DNA of 37,897 nucleotides from a virus (IMGVR_UViG_3300005611_000079:1-37897), one strand, 5' to 3'; shown: positions 7,901 to 16,695, counted from the stretch's first letter. Made by a program: numbers and translations. The notes: generated by a model not told the origin, from the letters alone.

Positions 7901-9142
7901 ATGAGTAAAACAAATGAACTCATGGACCAAATTGCTGCTAAAAGAGCAGAGTTAAAATCTGTCTTTGAAGCCAACGAAGACGGCAAGTACACCTCTGAAC
8001 AAAAAGAGGAAATTAAGTCAAGAAATGACGAACTTGCTGAATTAGTTGAAGACCTTAACATTGAGAAGAAAAAAGCTTCCAATGAAAAAGCTCTCAAAGA
8101 AGATTCAAAGCCAGTTGCAGAAATGCCACTAGCTGGTGAATCAGCAGAAGTTAAATCTGTTGGTGAGCAATTTGTACAAACCGACGCATATAAAAATTAT
8201 ATGGAGAACGGTGTTAAAGGTGTAGATTCTCATATTGAGACAAAAACAACTTTGACAACTACAGGATATCCACCAGAGGTTTTAAGAACCCCGGGTATCT
8301 TGGAAACAGCTCTTAGAGACCCAAATGCTGTTATATCATTATTTGATGTAATCAACACAGACCAAAACGCATTCAGCTATTTGGAAGAAACAACCTTCAC
8401 AAATAACGCAGCTGAAGCTGCTGAAGGTTCTGCTGTTGGAGAAGCAGCTTTGGCTTTCACAGAGCAAACAGAAGCTATCCGTAAAATGGGTATCTTCATT
8501 CCTGTAACAGACGAATTACTTGCAGACGAAAGTGGTATCCAAGGATACATTAACTCTCGTTTACAAACAATGATAAGACTTCGTTTGGACAACCAACTCC
8601 TTAATGGTGATGGAACTGCTCCAAACCTAGAAGGTATCTTAGACGCTGGTAAAGCTTCAGTCGGTTCTACTGACTTTAGCTCTTACGCAGGAACTTTAGG
8701 AAAAATTGGTGCACTTTATGGAGCAATCACAGACATCAGAGTCAACGCATTTACAGAGCCAGACGCTATTGTAATGCACCCAAGTGACTGGAATGATGTT
8801 GTGACTTCTGTAGGTGCAGACTTCGCAGGTACATCCAGTGCTGGCTACACAGAAAAGTCACCACTTTTCGTAGCAGCTGGTGGTATGGGCGCAGGTCCTT
8901 CAGCTCAAATCTGGGGACTAAGAGTCGTTCCTACAACCGCAATTGCCGCAGGAACAGTTCTTGTTGGTAAATTCGGTGGTGGTGAAGCAGCTAACTTAGT
9001 TATGAGACAAGGTATGGAATTAGCCGTATCTGATTCACATAGCGATTTCTTTATTAAGAATCAGTTAGCTATCAGAGCTACCATGAGAGTCGGTTTCCCT
9101 GTTTACAGAGAAGCAGCTTTCCATAAAATCACTAACTTCTAA
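7901..9142 (+). CDS. Major capsid protein (HK97 fold)
   Basis: N-terminal coiled-coil delta domain; VTDELLAD, LLNGDGTAPNLEGIL, IVMHPSDW, FIKNQLAIRATMR motifs; GGAG SD. Confidence 0.95.
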   Translation: MSKTNELMDQIAAKRAELKSVFEANEDGKYTSEQKEEIKSRNDELAELVEDLNIEKKKASNEKALKEDSKPVAEMPLAGESAEVKSVGEQFVQTDAYKNYMENGVKGVDSHIETKTTLTTTGYPPEVLRTPGILETALRDPNAVISLFDVINTDQNAFSYLEETTFTNNAAEAAEGSAVGEAALAFTEQTEAIRKMGIFIPVTDELLADESGIQGYINSRLQTMIRLRLDNQLLNGDGTAPNLEGILDAGKASVGSTDFSSYAGTLGKIGALYGAITDIRVNAFTEPDAIVMHPSDWNDVVTSVGADFAGTSSAGYTEKSPLFVAAGGMGAGPSAQIWGLRVVPTTAIAAGTVLVGKFGGGEAANLVMRQGMELAVSDSHSDFFIKNQLAIRATMRVGFPVYREAAFHKITNF

Positions 9143-9164
9143 AGTTAGTTTAGATTTATACATT

Positions 9165-9195
9165 AGAGCGGGGTTAAACCCGCTCTTTTGTTTTT
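9165..9195 (+). terminator. Rho-independent terminator after the capsid gene
   Basis: AGAGCGGG-GTTAAA-CCCGCTCT followed by TTTGTTTTT. Confidence 0.9.
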
Positions 9196-9216
9196 ATAGT
9201 GTAAAATTAAAACATC

Positions 9217-9474
9217 ATGTCAGATTATATTAAACCAGAGAAAAGCATTTGGAAAATGAAAGATGGTTCCATTTGGGAAGGTCCTTTATCAGAACTTCCT
9301 AAGTCTGGAGCTTCTCTCATTGCTAAAGCAGGTAAAGAATACCCAGCTGACTGGCTCAAAGAGCAAGGTTGGGGTAAAGTGGAGAAGAAAGAAAAAGCTG
9401 CTCCTAAGAAAAAAGCTGCTAAAAAAGCACCAGAAACCAAAGCTGTTAAACCAGAAGATACAGAAGATAAGTAA
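9217..9474 (+). CDS. Small Lys/Ala-rich protein following the capsid gene
   Basis: 85 aa with a KKAAKKAPETKAVKP tail; usual position of a small head-associated gene; TAAAAT 9 nt upstream. Confidence 0.75.
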   Translation: MSDYIKPEKSIWKMKDGSIWEGPLSELPKSGASLIAKAGKEYPADWLKEQGWGKVEKKEKAAPKKKAAKKAPETKAVKPEDTEDK

Positions 9475-9484
9475 GGAGTCCTAA

Positions 9485-10129
9485 ATGGCTCTTTGTAGCG
9501 TAGGTGATGTAGAGCAATTCTTACAGGTAGATTTAAACTCTACTGTAGAAGCTTCAGTCACAAATACTTTCATACCTTATGTTGACGCGGCTATTAAGCG
9601 TTATCTAGGTCATGATGTAGAACAAGCAACTTATACAGAAACATTTGACGGTAACGAACAACAAGACTTATTTTTAAGGCATGTCCCTGTCTCCTCTATA
9701 ACTTCTATTACTGAAGATGGTAATGCACTTACTGAAGGCAATGAGAGTGACTATGTTTCTTACAGCAACGGAAGATTAAGAAGAATAGTTATTCGTTGGT
9801 CTGGTATAAAACCTAAAAATATTTCAGTTACTTATGTTGGCGGTTACGAAGCTGCTGACATTCCAGAACAAATCAAACAAACTTCTGCACGAGCCGCAGC
9901 TCGTTTAGTTATGACTTCTTTACAGATTTCAGCAAAAGCTGACACTGGAGAGGTTTCAAGTCACTTAGCTGACAACACAACAACACAAAGTTTTGACATA
10001 CCTCTTACTGAAAGGGTGGGAGATTATGATGTTGCGTTTGGTGATGTAATTATACAAAACCTGCAACCTGTTCTTACTAATGCAGATATGGCATTATTAA
10101 ACCCCTTTCGTTCAAGATTCTTTGTATAA
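9485..10129 (+). CDS. Head-tail adaptor (HK97 gp6 / SPP1 gp15-like)
   Basis: DVEQFL, YTETFDG, PVSSITSI, ISVTYVGGY...IPEQIK, C-terminal LNPFR; position; AAGGAG SD. Confidence 0.85.
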   Translation: MALCSVGDVEQFLQVDLNSTVEASVTNTFIPYVDAAIKRYLGHDVEQATYTETFDGNEQQDLFLRHVPVSSITSITEDGNALTEGNESDYVSYSNGRLRRIVIRWSGIKPKNISVTYVGGYEAADIPEQIKQTSARAAARLVMTSLQISAKADTGEVSSHLADNTTTQSFDIPLTERVGDYDVAFGDVIIQNLQPVLTNADMALLNPFRSRFFV

Positions 10130-10130
10130 T
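10125..10130 (+). promoter_or_regulatory. -10 box TATAAT overlapping the adaptor stop, 6 nt before ATG 10137
   Basis: TTG-TATAAT-TAAAGT-ATG, no SD. Confidence 0.6.
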
Positions 10131-10136
10131 TAAAGT

Positions 10137-10778
10137 ATGGTACATAGAAAAGCTCCTTCCCTAGAGGAAGCTAGGGAACTCTTTTTAGCAGACCCTAATA
10201 AAATGCTACAGTCATGGGCAGATGAATGGGGTGTAACACATGAAAGAGTTAGACAATTAAGAATAGAATCGGGCGTACCTCAACGAGGTGCTTATAACGA
10301 AGAAACAGCAGAAGCTATTTTAGAAATTATTCGTACAGGTAGAGGCGGTCTAACAACTCCAAGAACTTACGAAGGTCAACCTATTGGCTTAGAAAGATTT
10401 AAAACTTGGATAGAAGAAGAAGAGGGTTTGAAAGAGCGTGTTGAAAAAGCACAGAAAGAAGCTCTTAAAAACTTAAAAGACCCTATTGAAAAAGAATGTA
10501 AGTACTGCCGTGAATGGAAACCTGTAGAGGAATATTTAAGAAATCAAAAATATTTAGATGGCCTTTCTCGTTTTTGTAAAGATTGCATGATTATTTTAAA
10601 AGAGAAAAAAGAAGAACTTGGTGATGATAAAATGAAATTATGTTTATCTTGTAAAAAAGATAAGAAGACTTCAGAGTTTTCAAAAAATCCTAATACAAAA
10701 GATAAACTAAAGATATTCTGTAAAGATTGCCACAAAGCATTTAAACGAAGAAAAAGGAGACAAAGCAGAAATGCCTAG
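10137..10778 (+). CDS. DNA-binding protein: sigma region-4-like HTH, second HTH-like segment, two Zn-finger repeats
   Basis: WADEWGVTHERVRQL; YNEETAEAILEII...RFKTWIEE; KECKYC..DGLSRFCKDC and KLCLSC..DKLKIFCKDC. Confidence 0.75.
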   Translation: MVHRKAPSLEEARELFLADPNKMLQSWADEWGVTHERVRQLRIESGVPQRGAYNEETAEAILEIIRTGRGGLTTPRTYEGQPIGLERFKTWIEEEEGLKERVEKAQKEALKNLKDPIEKECKYCREWKPVEEYLRNQKYLDGLSRFCKDCMIILKEKKEELGDDKMKLCLSCKKDKKTSEFSKNPNTKDKLKIFCKDCHKAFKRRKRRQSRNA

Positions 10779-11016
10779 GTATGATTATCAATGTATATTA
10801 CATAAATGTTCTTTTGAATGGGAAGTATCGCATTCTATTACGGAAGACCCGTTAATTAAATGTCCTAAATGTAATTCACATACTAAAAGAAAAATTGGTA
10901 AAAATATTAGATTTGAAACACCTGTTGATGTTCAGTGGGAAAAAGACCCTAGTAATTTGTCTGAAAAATCTTTTAAACAATATAACCAAGCTAAAAAGAA
11001 AAAATACAGATGGTAA
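10771..11016 (+). CDS. FmdB-like zinc-ribbon protein
   Basis: MPRYDYQC....C..EWEV.HSITEDPLIKCPKC matches the MPxYxYxC...CPxC pattern. Confidence 0.85.
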   Translation: MPRYDYQCILHKCSFEWEVSHSITEDPLIKCPKCNSHTKRKIGKNIRFETPVDVQWEKDPSNLSEKSFKQYNQAKKKKYRW

Positions 11017-12194
11017 TGGATAAAGGAACAGAAGATGTTGTTTCTGGTGTTGGAAGATACTTTTTTAATTACAAAAGTTATGCAATAATTAGAGACCCAA
11101 TACAACCAAAAAACTTTTTACTTGTTATGTATCTTCCTATTAGAGATTTAACTTTTGATAGACCTGCGCAAAAACAATTGATACCTATACATCCTAATTG
11201 TAATATCGTGGATTACGACACAAAAGTTGCTGATGAAATAATTAAAAGTGTTAAAGAAGAATATGGAGAAAAAGGAACATTTCACTTAAAGTCACAAGGA
11301 ATAAAAATATATTGTTCTGATGTAGAAGTTAATGAATCTGCTGAAAGAGTTACTGTTACTATAAAAGACGCTGACACACAAGGAATTATTGATGGAGCAA
11401 ATTTATATACTCTCCTAAAAGACATGAGAGTAGAAGATGTAGCTAAAAATTCTTATATTAAAGTTGAATTAATTATTGGACATGATATGTCTTTGTCTGA
11501 TGATTTAACTGCAACACTAGATAACAAATTAACATTTCGTAAAGATATTGATGTATCAAAGAAAGAACTTTCTTGGGTAGATGAAATAATTGATGAAACA
11601 GATTACAAAGACCAATTAGACGCTGTATATGTACTTGGACTTATAGATTTACTAAGAAGCAATCAATATGACGCAGAAGTCGAGAATCAACCAATATATC
11701 CTTATTGGGATAAACAAAGAGTACTAGAAATGTACAGAGATAATCCTAAAGGATATCAACAGTATAAAACTATTCTTAAAGACATTCTTTACTTATATGA
11801 ATATGTAAATTTTAAAACGCAGGAAATATGGCCTTCTAAAAAAGGAAGCATAGGAAGTTTAGGTATAGCTACTTCTTACAAGCAAAAAGGTTATGACTTT
11901 CCTTTACTTGGTAAAAAGATGGATTATAAACTACATGACGCAGTTAGTTTTATTATTATGAATGGATTTAGGTCGTTTGTGATATTCAATCCCGATGGCA
12001 CAGCTAGGTGGTCAAAAGATTTTAAAAAAATACTTTCTCTTTATGAAATTATCGGGGCAGAGATAATTAACATAATTAGAGATTACAGCGCTCAAATGGG
12101 ACACAACCCTCACTTGCTTGGTAAAAATAAAATGCTTTATAGCATTGTGTATAAAGAATTTATGATGGGAGATATGCTTAACCAATTTTTATAA
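11016..12194 (+). CDS. Divergent AIPR-family-like protein
   Basis: TAATG-coupled start at 11016; FHLKSQGIKI...GIIDGANLY...YIKVELIIG resembles the AIPR core as recalled (FHLKNxGITI...GIVDGGHTY...VKVEI), with substitutions in the motifs. Confidence 0.6.
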   Translation: MDKGTEDVVSGVGRYFFNYKSYAIIRDPIQPKNFLLVMYLPIRDLTFDRPAQKQLIPIHPNCNIVDYDTKVADEIIKSVKEEYGEKGTFHLKSQGIKIYCSDVEVNESAERVTVTIKDADTQGIIDGANLYTLLKDMRVEDVAKNSYIKVELIIGHDMSLSDDLTATLDNKLTFRKDIDVSKKELSWVDEIIDETDYKDQLDAVYVLGLIDLLRSNQYDAEVENQPIYPYWDKQRVLEMYRDNPKGYQQYKTILKDILYLYEYVNFKTQEIWPSKKGSIGSLGIATSYKQKGYDFPLLGKKMDYKLHDAVSFIIMNGFRSFVIFNPDGTARWSKDFKKILSLYEIIGAEIINIIRDYSAQMGHNPHLLGKNKMLYSIVYKEFMMGDMLNQFL

Positions 12195-12204
12195 CATCAT
12201 GTTG

Positions 12205-12210
12205 TAAAGT
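12205..12210 (+). promoter_or_regulatory. -10-like TAAAGT 6 nt before ATG 12217
   Basis: TTG-TAAAGT-ATAGTT-ATG; same geometry as 10125; no SD. Confidence 0.45.
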
Positions 12211-12216
12211 ATAGTT

Positions 12217-12552
12217 ATGGCTTTAAAGCATAGACACTTACCAGAATTAATAACAATTCAAACAGTATCAGATACTAATGTTGATGAACGAGGCTTACCT
12301 AGTGATAGCTGGGATAACACTTATACATCTGTTAGAGCTAAATTTGAATCACAAGGTTCTGAAGAAGATAGAGATGGAAGAAATACAACAATAGAAACAT
12401 TTTTTGTATATTTAGAGCCTAATGTTACTGTAGTTCCCGGAGACAGGCTTGTTAGAAATTCTGATTATCATGAAATAATAGTTGTACAACCTGTTTTAGA
12501 CAGGTATGGAAACGAATCCTATAAAAGGTTACAAACATTTGTGAGTAAGTAA
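12217..12552 (+). CDS. Head closure/stopper protein (SPP1 gp16-like)
   Basis: 111 aa, ITIQT...DERG...W, VVPGDRLV...YHEI pattern; position. Confidence 0.8.
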   Translation: MALKHRHLPELITIQTVSDTNVDERGLPSDSWDNTYTSVRAKFESQGSEEDRDGRNTTIETFFVYLEPNVTVVPGDRLVRNSDYHEIIVVQPVLDRYGNESYKRLQTFVSK

Positions 12553-14456
12553 TGGTAACTCCATTAGAGGCTTTCGCTAAAAAACCTAAAAGAAAAAAAC
12601 CTAATAAAAATAAATCAAATTCTGAGATATTCAGAGATAGATTTTATAGTTTTGGTAAAAAAGCAGGTACAGCACAAGCTATACCGGGTATTCGTGGTTC
12701 TAATTTAGGTAGAACTTTACAAAACCAGCGTGCTTTGGTCTATCCAATAGCTCGTGGTCTTGGTACTGCGCAGTCAATTGGTAAAGAAGGAAATAAAGTT
12801 GCTGCTTTAGCTAATAGAGGTTTCAGAATTTTTTCTGGTTCTATAAGTGGTAGAATAATAGAATCCACAGTAAGACCATTTAATCTAGGACCAATAGTAG
12901 GTCGTCTTGCTCGTATTCAATTAGGTAAAGCTTTAAGTAAAAATAATCCAATTGATAATGCTGTTAGAAAGATGGGTCTTGCTGTTACAGGAACTGTAAA
13001 AATAAAAGGAAGCGCTTTAAATTCAAAAATAAGAAGAGACCCAGCTATAAAAAAAATAGCACAAAAGGGCTTACTTTTAGCAGAAAGAAATATAAGAGCT
13101 TTTGCTCCAGACCCGTCATCTGGACAATATTTAGTAGGAATGGGTAAACAAAAAAACATTGCTAAAAAATATCAAGGTGGTATTGATATGAATTTAGTCA
13201 ACAGTACAGACGCTTTTAAAAAACATGGTTTTTCTGAATATATAGCTAAAGATAAAAAATATGTTCATAGAGATTTATTTGGTTTTACAGAACCGGGTTT
13301 GGCGAGAAAATTTTTACATATGTCTATACAAAGAAGAGATGTTACAGCAACAAGAGGAAAATATGTAGACCATTTCTTTAAAGGAGAAATTAGAGTAGGT
13401 GGAGATATGTTTCCATGGATTTGGGCTTTAGAGTATGGAGGAGATGTGCCATACTATGCTCCTAAAAAATATGATAAATCAAAAAAAAGAAGAGGTTGGA
13501 ACGATACTTATACTGGTTCTTCACATTCTAGTAGAACAGAAATAGGTAAAGAAAATTTAGATATTCCTTTAGATATGTATGTACCAAAAGACCAATATGT
13601 ACCACCAACATTTTTTATTTATAGAGCAGCTGAAAGAGCGGCTTTATCTATGAAAAAACATACAGAAGTTGAAAGCTACACAATTGGTGGTGAATCTGCT
13701 CAGTATTATAGAAACTGGATGAGGTTGGCAACTAAAAATCATAAATCTATGGCTGGAATATTAAGTGGAAAAAACAAATTAAGCTATAACACACCGGGAA
13801 GTTCACAAAATTATTTGAATACCTTTTATAGATTAGATGGTAGAGCTAAAGACACATTTAGCTACATGGAGCAAAGGATACCCGGACCAAGAGTTGAATA
13901 TTCACATGGTAACTTTTATCATCCAGATTTAGCAGAAGCAATTGGAATCAAAAGAGTTCCAGAAGATTTTGCATTTAGTTTTAATATGCCTGTAAGAAAA
14001 CAAGATAGTGAAGCAATACTTAAAAAAGCAGCAGATATATATGTTAGAAGAGGCGGTACTAATTCAACTACTGATGTTAATAAGAAATTTAAATCAAATG
14101 CTGTAGTTGAGGAAATAGCAAGAATGTTAAACTCACAACCGGGAAGAAAAAATACTATTGACGCAAACATAGCAGACGCTACAAGATATGTAAGAATGTT
14201 TGATAGATATAACAAAGCTAGAGGCAATGTGGGTTATAAATTTAGAAGAGCTGAATATTTAGACAAAGTCTATGATTTTGGTGCAAAGCGTCAAGGTAAG
14301 AGAATGATAATTACTCTACGAAAGAAATATGGAGGCAAAACAAATGCTCGTGCAGCTGAAATAGATAGAGATAAAAAAGATTCTCTAGCAAGGTCTGCTT
14401 GGTCTGCATTAGAAATAGATGACTTAATGAATGAAGTCATGGGAATGGATTTTTAA
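12552..14456 (+). CDS. Large basic protein in the neck-gene (HK97 gp10-like) slot
   Basis: Between stopper and tail terminator; RAFAP and WIWALEYGG resemble gp10-like motifs; 634 aa, Lys/Arg-rich. Confidence 0.55.
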   Translation: MVTPLEAFAKKPKRKKPNKNKSNSEIFRDRFYSFGKKAGTAQAIPGIRGSNLGRTLQNQRALVYPIARGLGTAQSIGKEGNKVAALANRGFRIFSGSISGRIIESTVRPFNLGPIVGRLARIQLGKALSKNNPIDNAVRKMGLAVTGTVKIKGSALNSKIRRDPAIKKIAQKGLLLAERNIRAFAPDPSSGQYLVGMGKQKNIAKKYQGGIDMNLVNSTDAFKKHGFSEYIAKDKKYVHRDLFGFTEPGLARKFLHMSIQRRDVTATRGKYVDHFFKGEIRVGGDMFPWIWALEYGGDVPYYAPKKYDKSKKRRGWNDTYTGSSHSSRTEIGKENLDIPLDMYVPKDQYVPPTFFIYRAAERAALSMKKHTEVESYTIGGESAQYYRNWMRLATKNHKSMAGILSGKNKLSYNTPGSSQNYLNTFYRLDGRAKDTFSYMEQRIPGPRVEYSHGNFYHPDLAEAIGIKRVPEDFAFSFNMPVRKQDSEAILKKAADIYVRRGGTNSTTDVNKKFKSNAVVEEIARMLNSQPGRKNTIDANIADATRYVRMFDRYNKARGNVGYKFRRAEYLDKVYDFGAKRQGKRMIITLRKKYGGKTNARAAEIDRDKKDSLARSAWSALEIDDLMNEVMGMDF

Positions 14457-14474
14457 TGATACAATACAATCACT

Positions 14475-14966
14475 ATGGCTATTAAAAATGTAGGTGTTCA
14501 CGGACACGCAGCAATGAACTTTCCACCAGACGCTGAAATTATTTTCAGAGAATGGGCTGTAAACAGTTCTATTATTACTGATGTTTGCGGAACTAGAATC
14601 GCAACTAGATTACCTCGTAATGCAGAATTACCTTTTTTAACATTTTTTAATAACGGTGGAAGTATGGTTAGTAATTTAAGTGACGCTGCTATTGGTTCAA
14701 GTTCTTTACAAATTAATGCTTTTGCAGGAAGGTGGGGAAGTGGAAGCTCTTCACAGCCTAATTACGCTAAAGCATATGAGCTAGCTAATGCAGTAGCAGA
14801 AGCAGCATTTAAAACTGGAAAGACAATAGTTCACACTGAAAGTTCTAACACAAAAGCAGTAATTTATGGTTTTGATGTTGTCCAATTACCAGAGAGGATA
14901 GAAGAGACTGACACTGGATTAGGACATTATCAGCTATCATTAAGTATGTATTATAGAGGAACATAA
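14475..14966 (+). CDS. Tail terminator / tail completion protein
   Basis: ITDVCGTRI...LP....LPF, LQINAFA, AYELANAV pattern; position before tail tube. Confidence 0.75.
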   Translation: MAIKNVGVHGHAAMNFPPDAEIIFREWAVNSSIITDVCGTRIATRLPRNAELPFLTFFNNGGSMVSNLSDAAIGSSSLQINAFAGRWGSGSSSQPNYAKAYELANAVAEAAFKTGKTIVHTESSNTKAVIYGFDVVQLPERIEETDTGLGHYQLSLSMYYRGT

Positions 14967-14967
14967 T

Positions 14968-15246
14968 ATGAAGAAGATAAAAGTTAAGATTAACCCTTTG
15001 TTAAACAAAAGCGTTGTTAGAGATACTATCAGCGGTATTGTTTTCAAAAGTGATTGGGTGGAAATACCGGTCGAAACTTGGGAGCGCCTTAAACCAAATA
15101 AATACAATCAAGGCGGAGAGCGCATATCCGTATTGATTGCAGATGATGAAGGTTACGAGGAAGAACCAATCGACGAATCAACAGAAGATGACAAAGACGC
15201 TGTTGAGGAGGTAGTGGAAGACTTCTTTATTGCTGAAGAAGAGTAA
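14968..15246 (+). CDS. Hypothetical protein with acidic C-terminus
   Basis: GAGGA SD; contiguous in the operon. Confidence 0.7.
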   Translation: MKKIKVKINPLLNKSVVRDTISGIVFKSDWVEIPVETWERLKPNKYNQGGERISVLIADDEGYEEEPIDESTEDDKDAVEEVVEDFFIAEEE

Positions 15247-15328
15247 CGACAAAGCAGAATCGACTTTTTATTAAGTCGGCAGAGCTCTGCTGATTAAGTA
15301 TAAGTATAAGATATGTTAGGAGAAACAA

Positions 15329-15985
15329 ATGAGTTTCAGTACAACAGGTACAATTAACGAAGTATTAATTGGTACAGGTGTTCTATATATCAAAGACCGT
15401 TCTACTTCTTCTCTTGCCTTTCCCGGAGATGACGGAGCAAACGCTTGGGATGACCCAACAGGACTAGCAGTTCCTTGGGACGAAGTAGGATATTCTGAAG
15501 ACGGTTGGACTTTAGAAGTTGATAAAACTTTTGAAGATGTAATGGTCGCAGAAGAGCTAGACCCAATCAAATCATTGAAGTCAGCACAAGAAGTTAGACT
15601 TACAGGAGAAATGGCACAAGCCTCTCTTGATAACTTATCTGTCGCATTAGGCGGCGGTTCCGTTGCTGAAGATTCAGTGAACTATGCTAGTGGTTACTAT
15701 AAATATGTACCACCAGTAACAGATGAGTTCACTGAGTATGCACTAGTTTTGCATACTGATGGTAAAGCAGGAAGCGATAGACAATTCCATATCCCTAGAG
15801 CAGTGAATGTAGGTTCATTCTCTATGGCACATCAAAAAGCTCCACAAAAAGTTACTTTGGCAACTGAGTTTAAATTACTCGTTCCAGATTCAACTTTAAA
15901 TGTTGGCGCTGATAGTGCTGGAAATAACTATCTCTTCATAGTCGTTGAGAATAGAAACGATAGTGACGAATTAGATATCAACTAA
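15329..15985 (+). CDS. Major tail (tube) protein
   Basis: VLIGTGVLYI, WDEVGYSEDGWTL, ELDPI motifs; AGGAG SD; precedes chaperones and tape measure. Confidence 0.88.
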   Translation: MSFSTTGTINEVLIGTGVLYIKDRSTSSLAFPGDDGANAWDDPTGLAVPWDEVGYSEDGWTLEVDKTFEDVMVAEELDPIKSLKSAQEVRLTGEMAQASLDNLSVALGGGSVAEDSVNYASGYYKYVPPVTDEFTEYALVLHTDGKAGSDRQFHIPRAVNVGSFSMAHQKAPQKVTLATEFKLLVPDSTLNVGADSAGNNYLFIVVENRNDSDELDIN

Positions 15986-16015
15986 TTCAATTAATTTAGA
16001 TAGGAGATACAAAAA

Positions 16016-16366
16016 GTGGTATTAAAAGACTTTGACGAGGCTTTAAAAGCCGACAAAAAAGAAGAGTTGCAGATTAAGGTAGCTGGGAAAGAATATACAT
16101 TACCTGCTACCTTACCTGCACGAACAGTATTGGCTCAAATGAGATATGCTGAAGAAGAAACAGTTCCATTAGAAGTTATGCCAGACTGGATAGGTTCACT
16201 AGTAGGCAAAGAAAACTTTGACCAAATGCTAGAAGATGGAATATCTTGGGAACAGATGAATGAACTACTAGTTTATTTACTAGATTTTTATGGTTTATCA
16301 GCTGTTTCGGAAGCAATAGCAGGCGAGGGTGAAAACCAAGAAGAGGAAGAAGATAGCCCAAAATAG
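16016..16366 (+). CDS. Tail assembly chaperone (gpG-like)
   Basis: AGGAG SD with GTG start; GKEYTLPATLP; ends at slippery CCCAAAA-TAG. Confidence 0.88.
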   Translation: MVLKDFDEALKADKKEELQIKVAGKEYTLPATLPARTVLAQMRYAEEETVPLEVMPDWIGSLVGKENFDQMLEDGISWEQMNELLVYLLDFYGLSAVSEAIAGEGENQEEEEDSPK

Positions 16367-16695
16367 TTTGGACCTACGGAGATATATTAGAACTCTGGGG
16401 TCCTATTGAGGCAGACCTACTTCGCTTCTATCAAATACAAAAACCTTTGGATTTACATTGGTATAAATTTGTTAATTTAGTTTCATACATGCCTCAAGAT
16501 GAATCTATATTTTACAGAATACTCAGCTCTAGGCAATTAGAAGTAACTGAAGATGGCAAATTAATTCAAAAAGACAAAGCAGTTGCTTATTCAGCAAAAC
16601 AAATGCTTCGTAAGCAACATGGTCGAGATAATCGACCTAGACAGAAAGTAACTTTAGATGAGTTATTCGGAGATAATTTAGGAGCAAAAAAATAA
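16016..16695 (+). CDS. Tail assembly chaperone gpGT made by -1 frameshift
   Basis: The -1 frame is open from the slip site: IVWTYGDILELWGPIEADLLRFYQIQKPLDLHWYKF..., joining the 16447-16695 ORF and ending 1 nt before the tape measure ATG. Confidence 0.88.
16357..16403 (+). promoter_or_regulatory. Programmed -1 frameshift signal
   Basis: C-CCA-AAA heptamer (16357-16363), 6-nt spacer, then hairpin GGACCTACGGAG...CTCTGGGGTCC (16370-16403). Confidence 0.85.

Noticed and set aside
2553-9142. Intein or intron in TerL, portal or capsid
   Set aside because: TerL and capsid have normal lengths; the portal's extra sequence is C-terminal and lacks intein splice motifs.
16447-16695. Independent 82-aa gene starting at TTG
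   Set aside because: Better explained as the C-terminal part of the frameshifted chaperone, since the frame is open back to the slip site.
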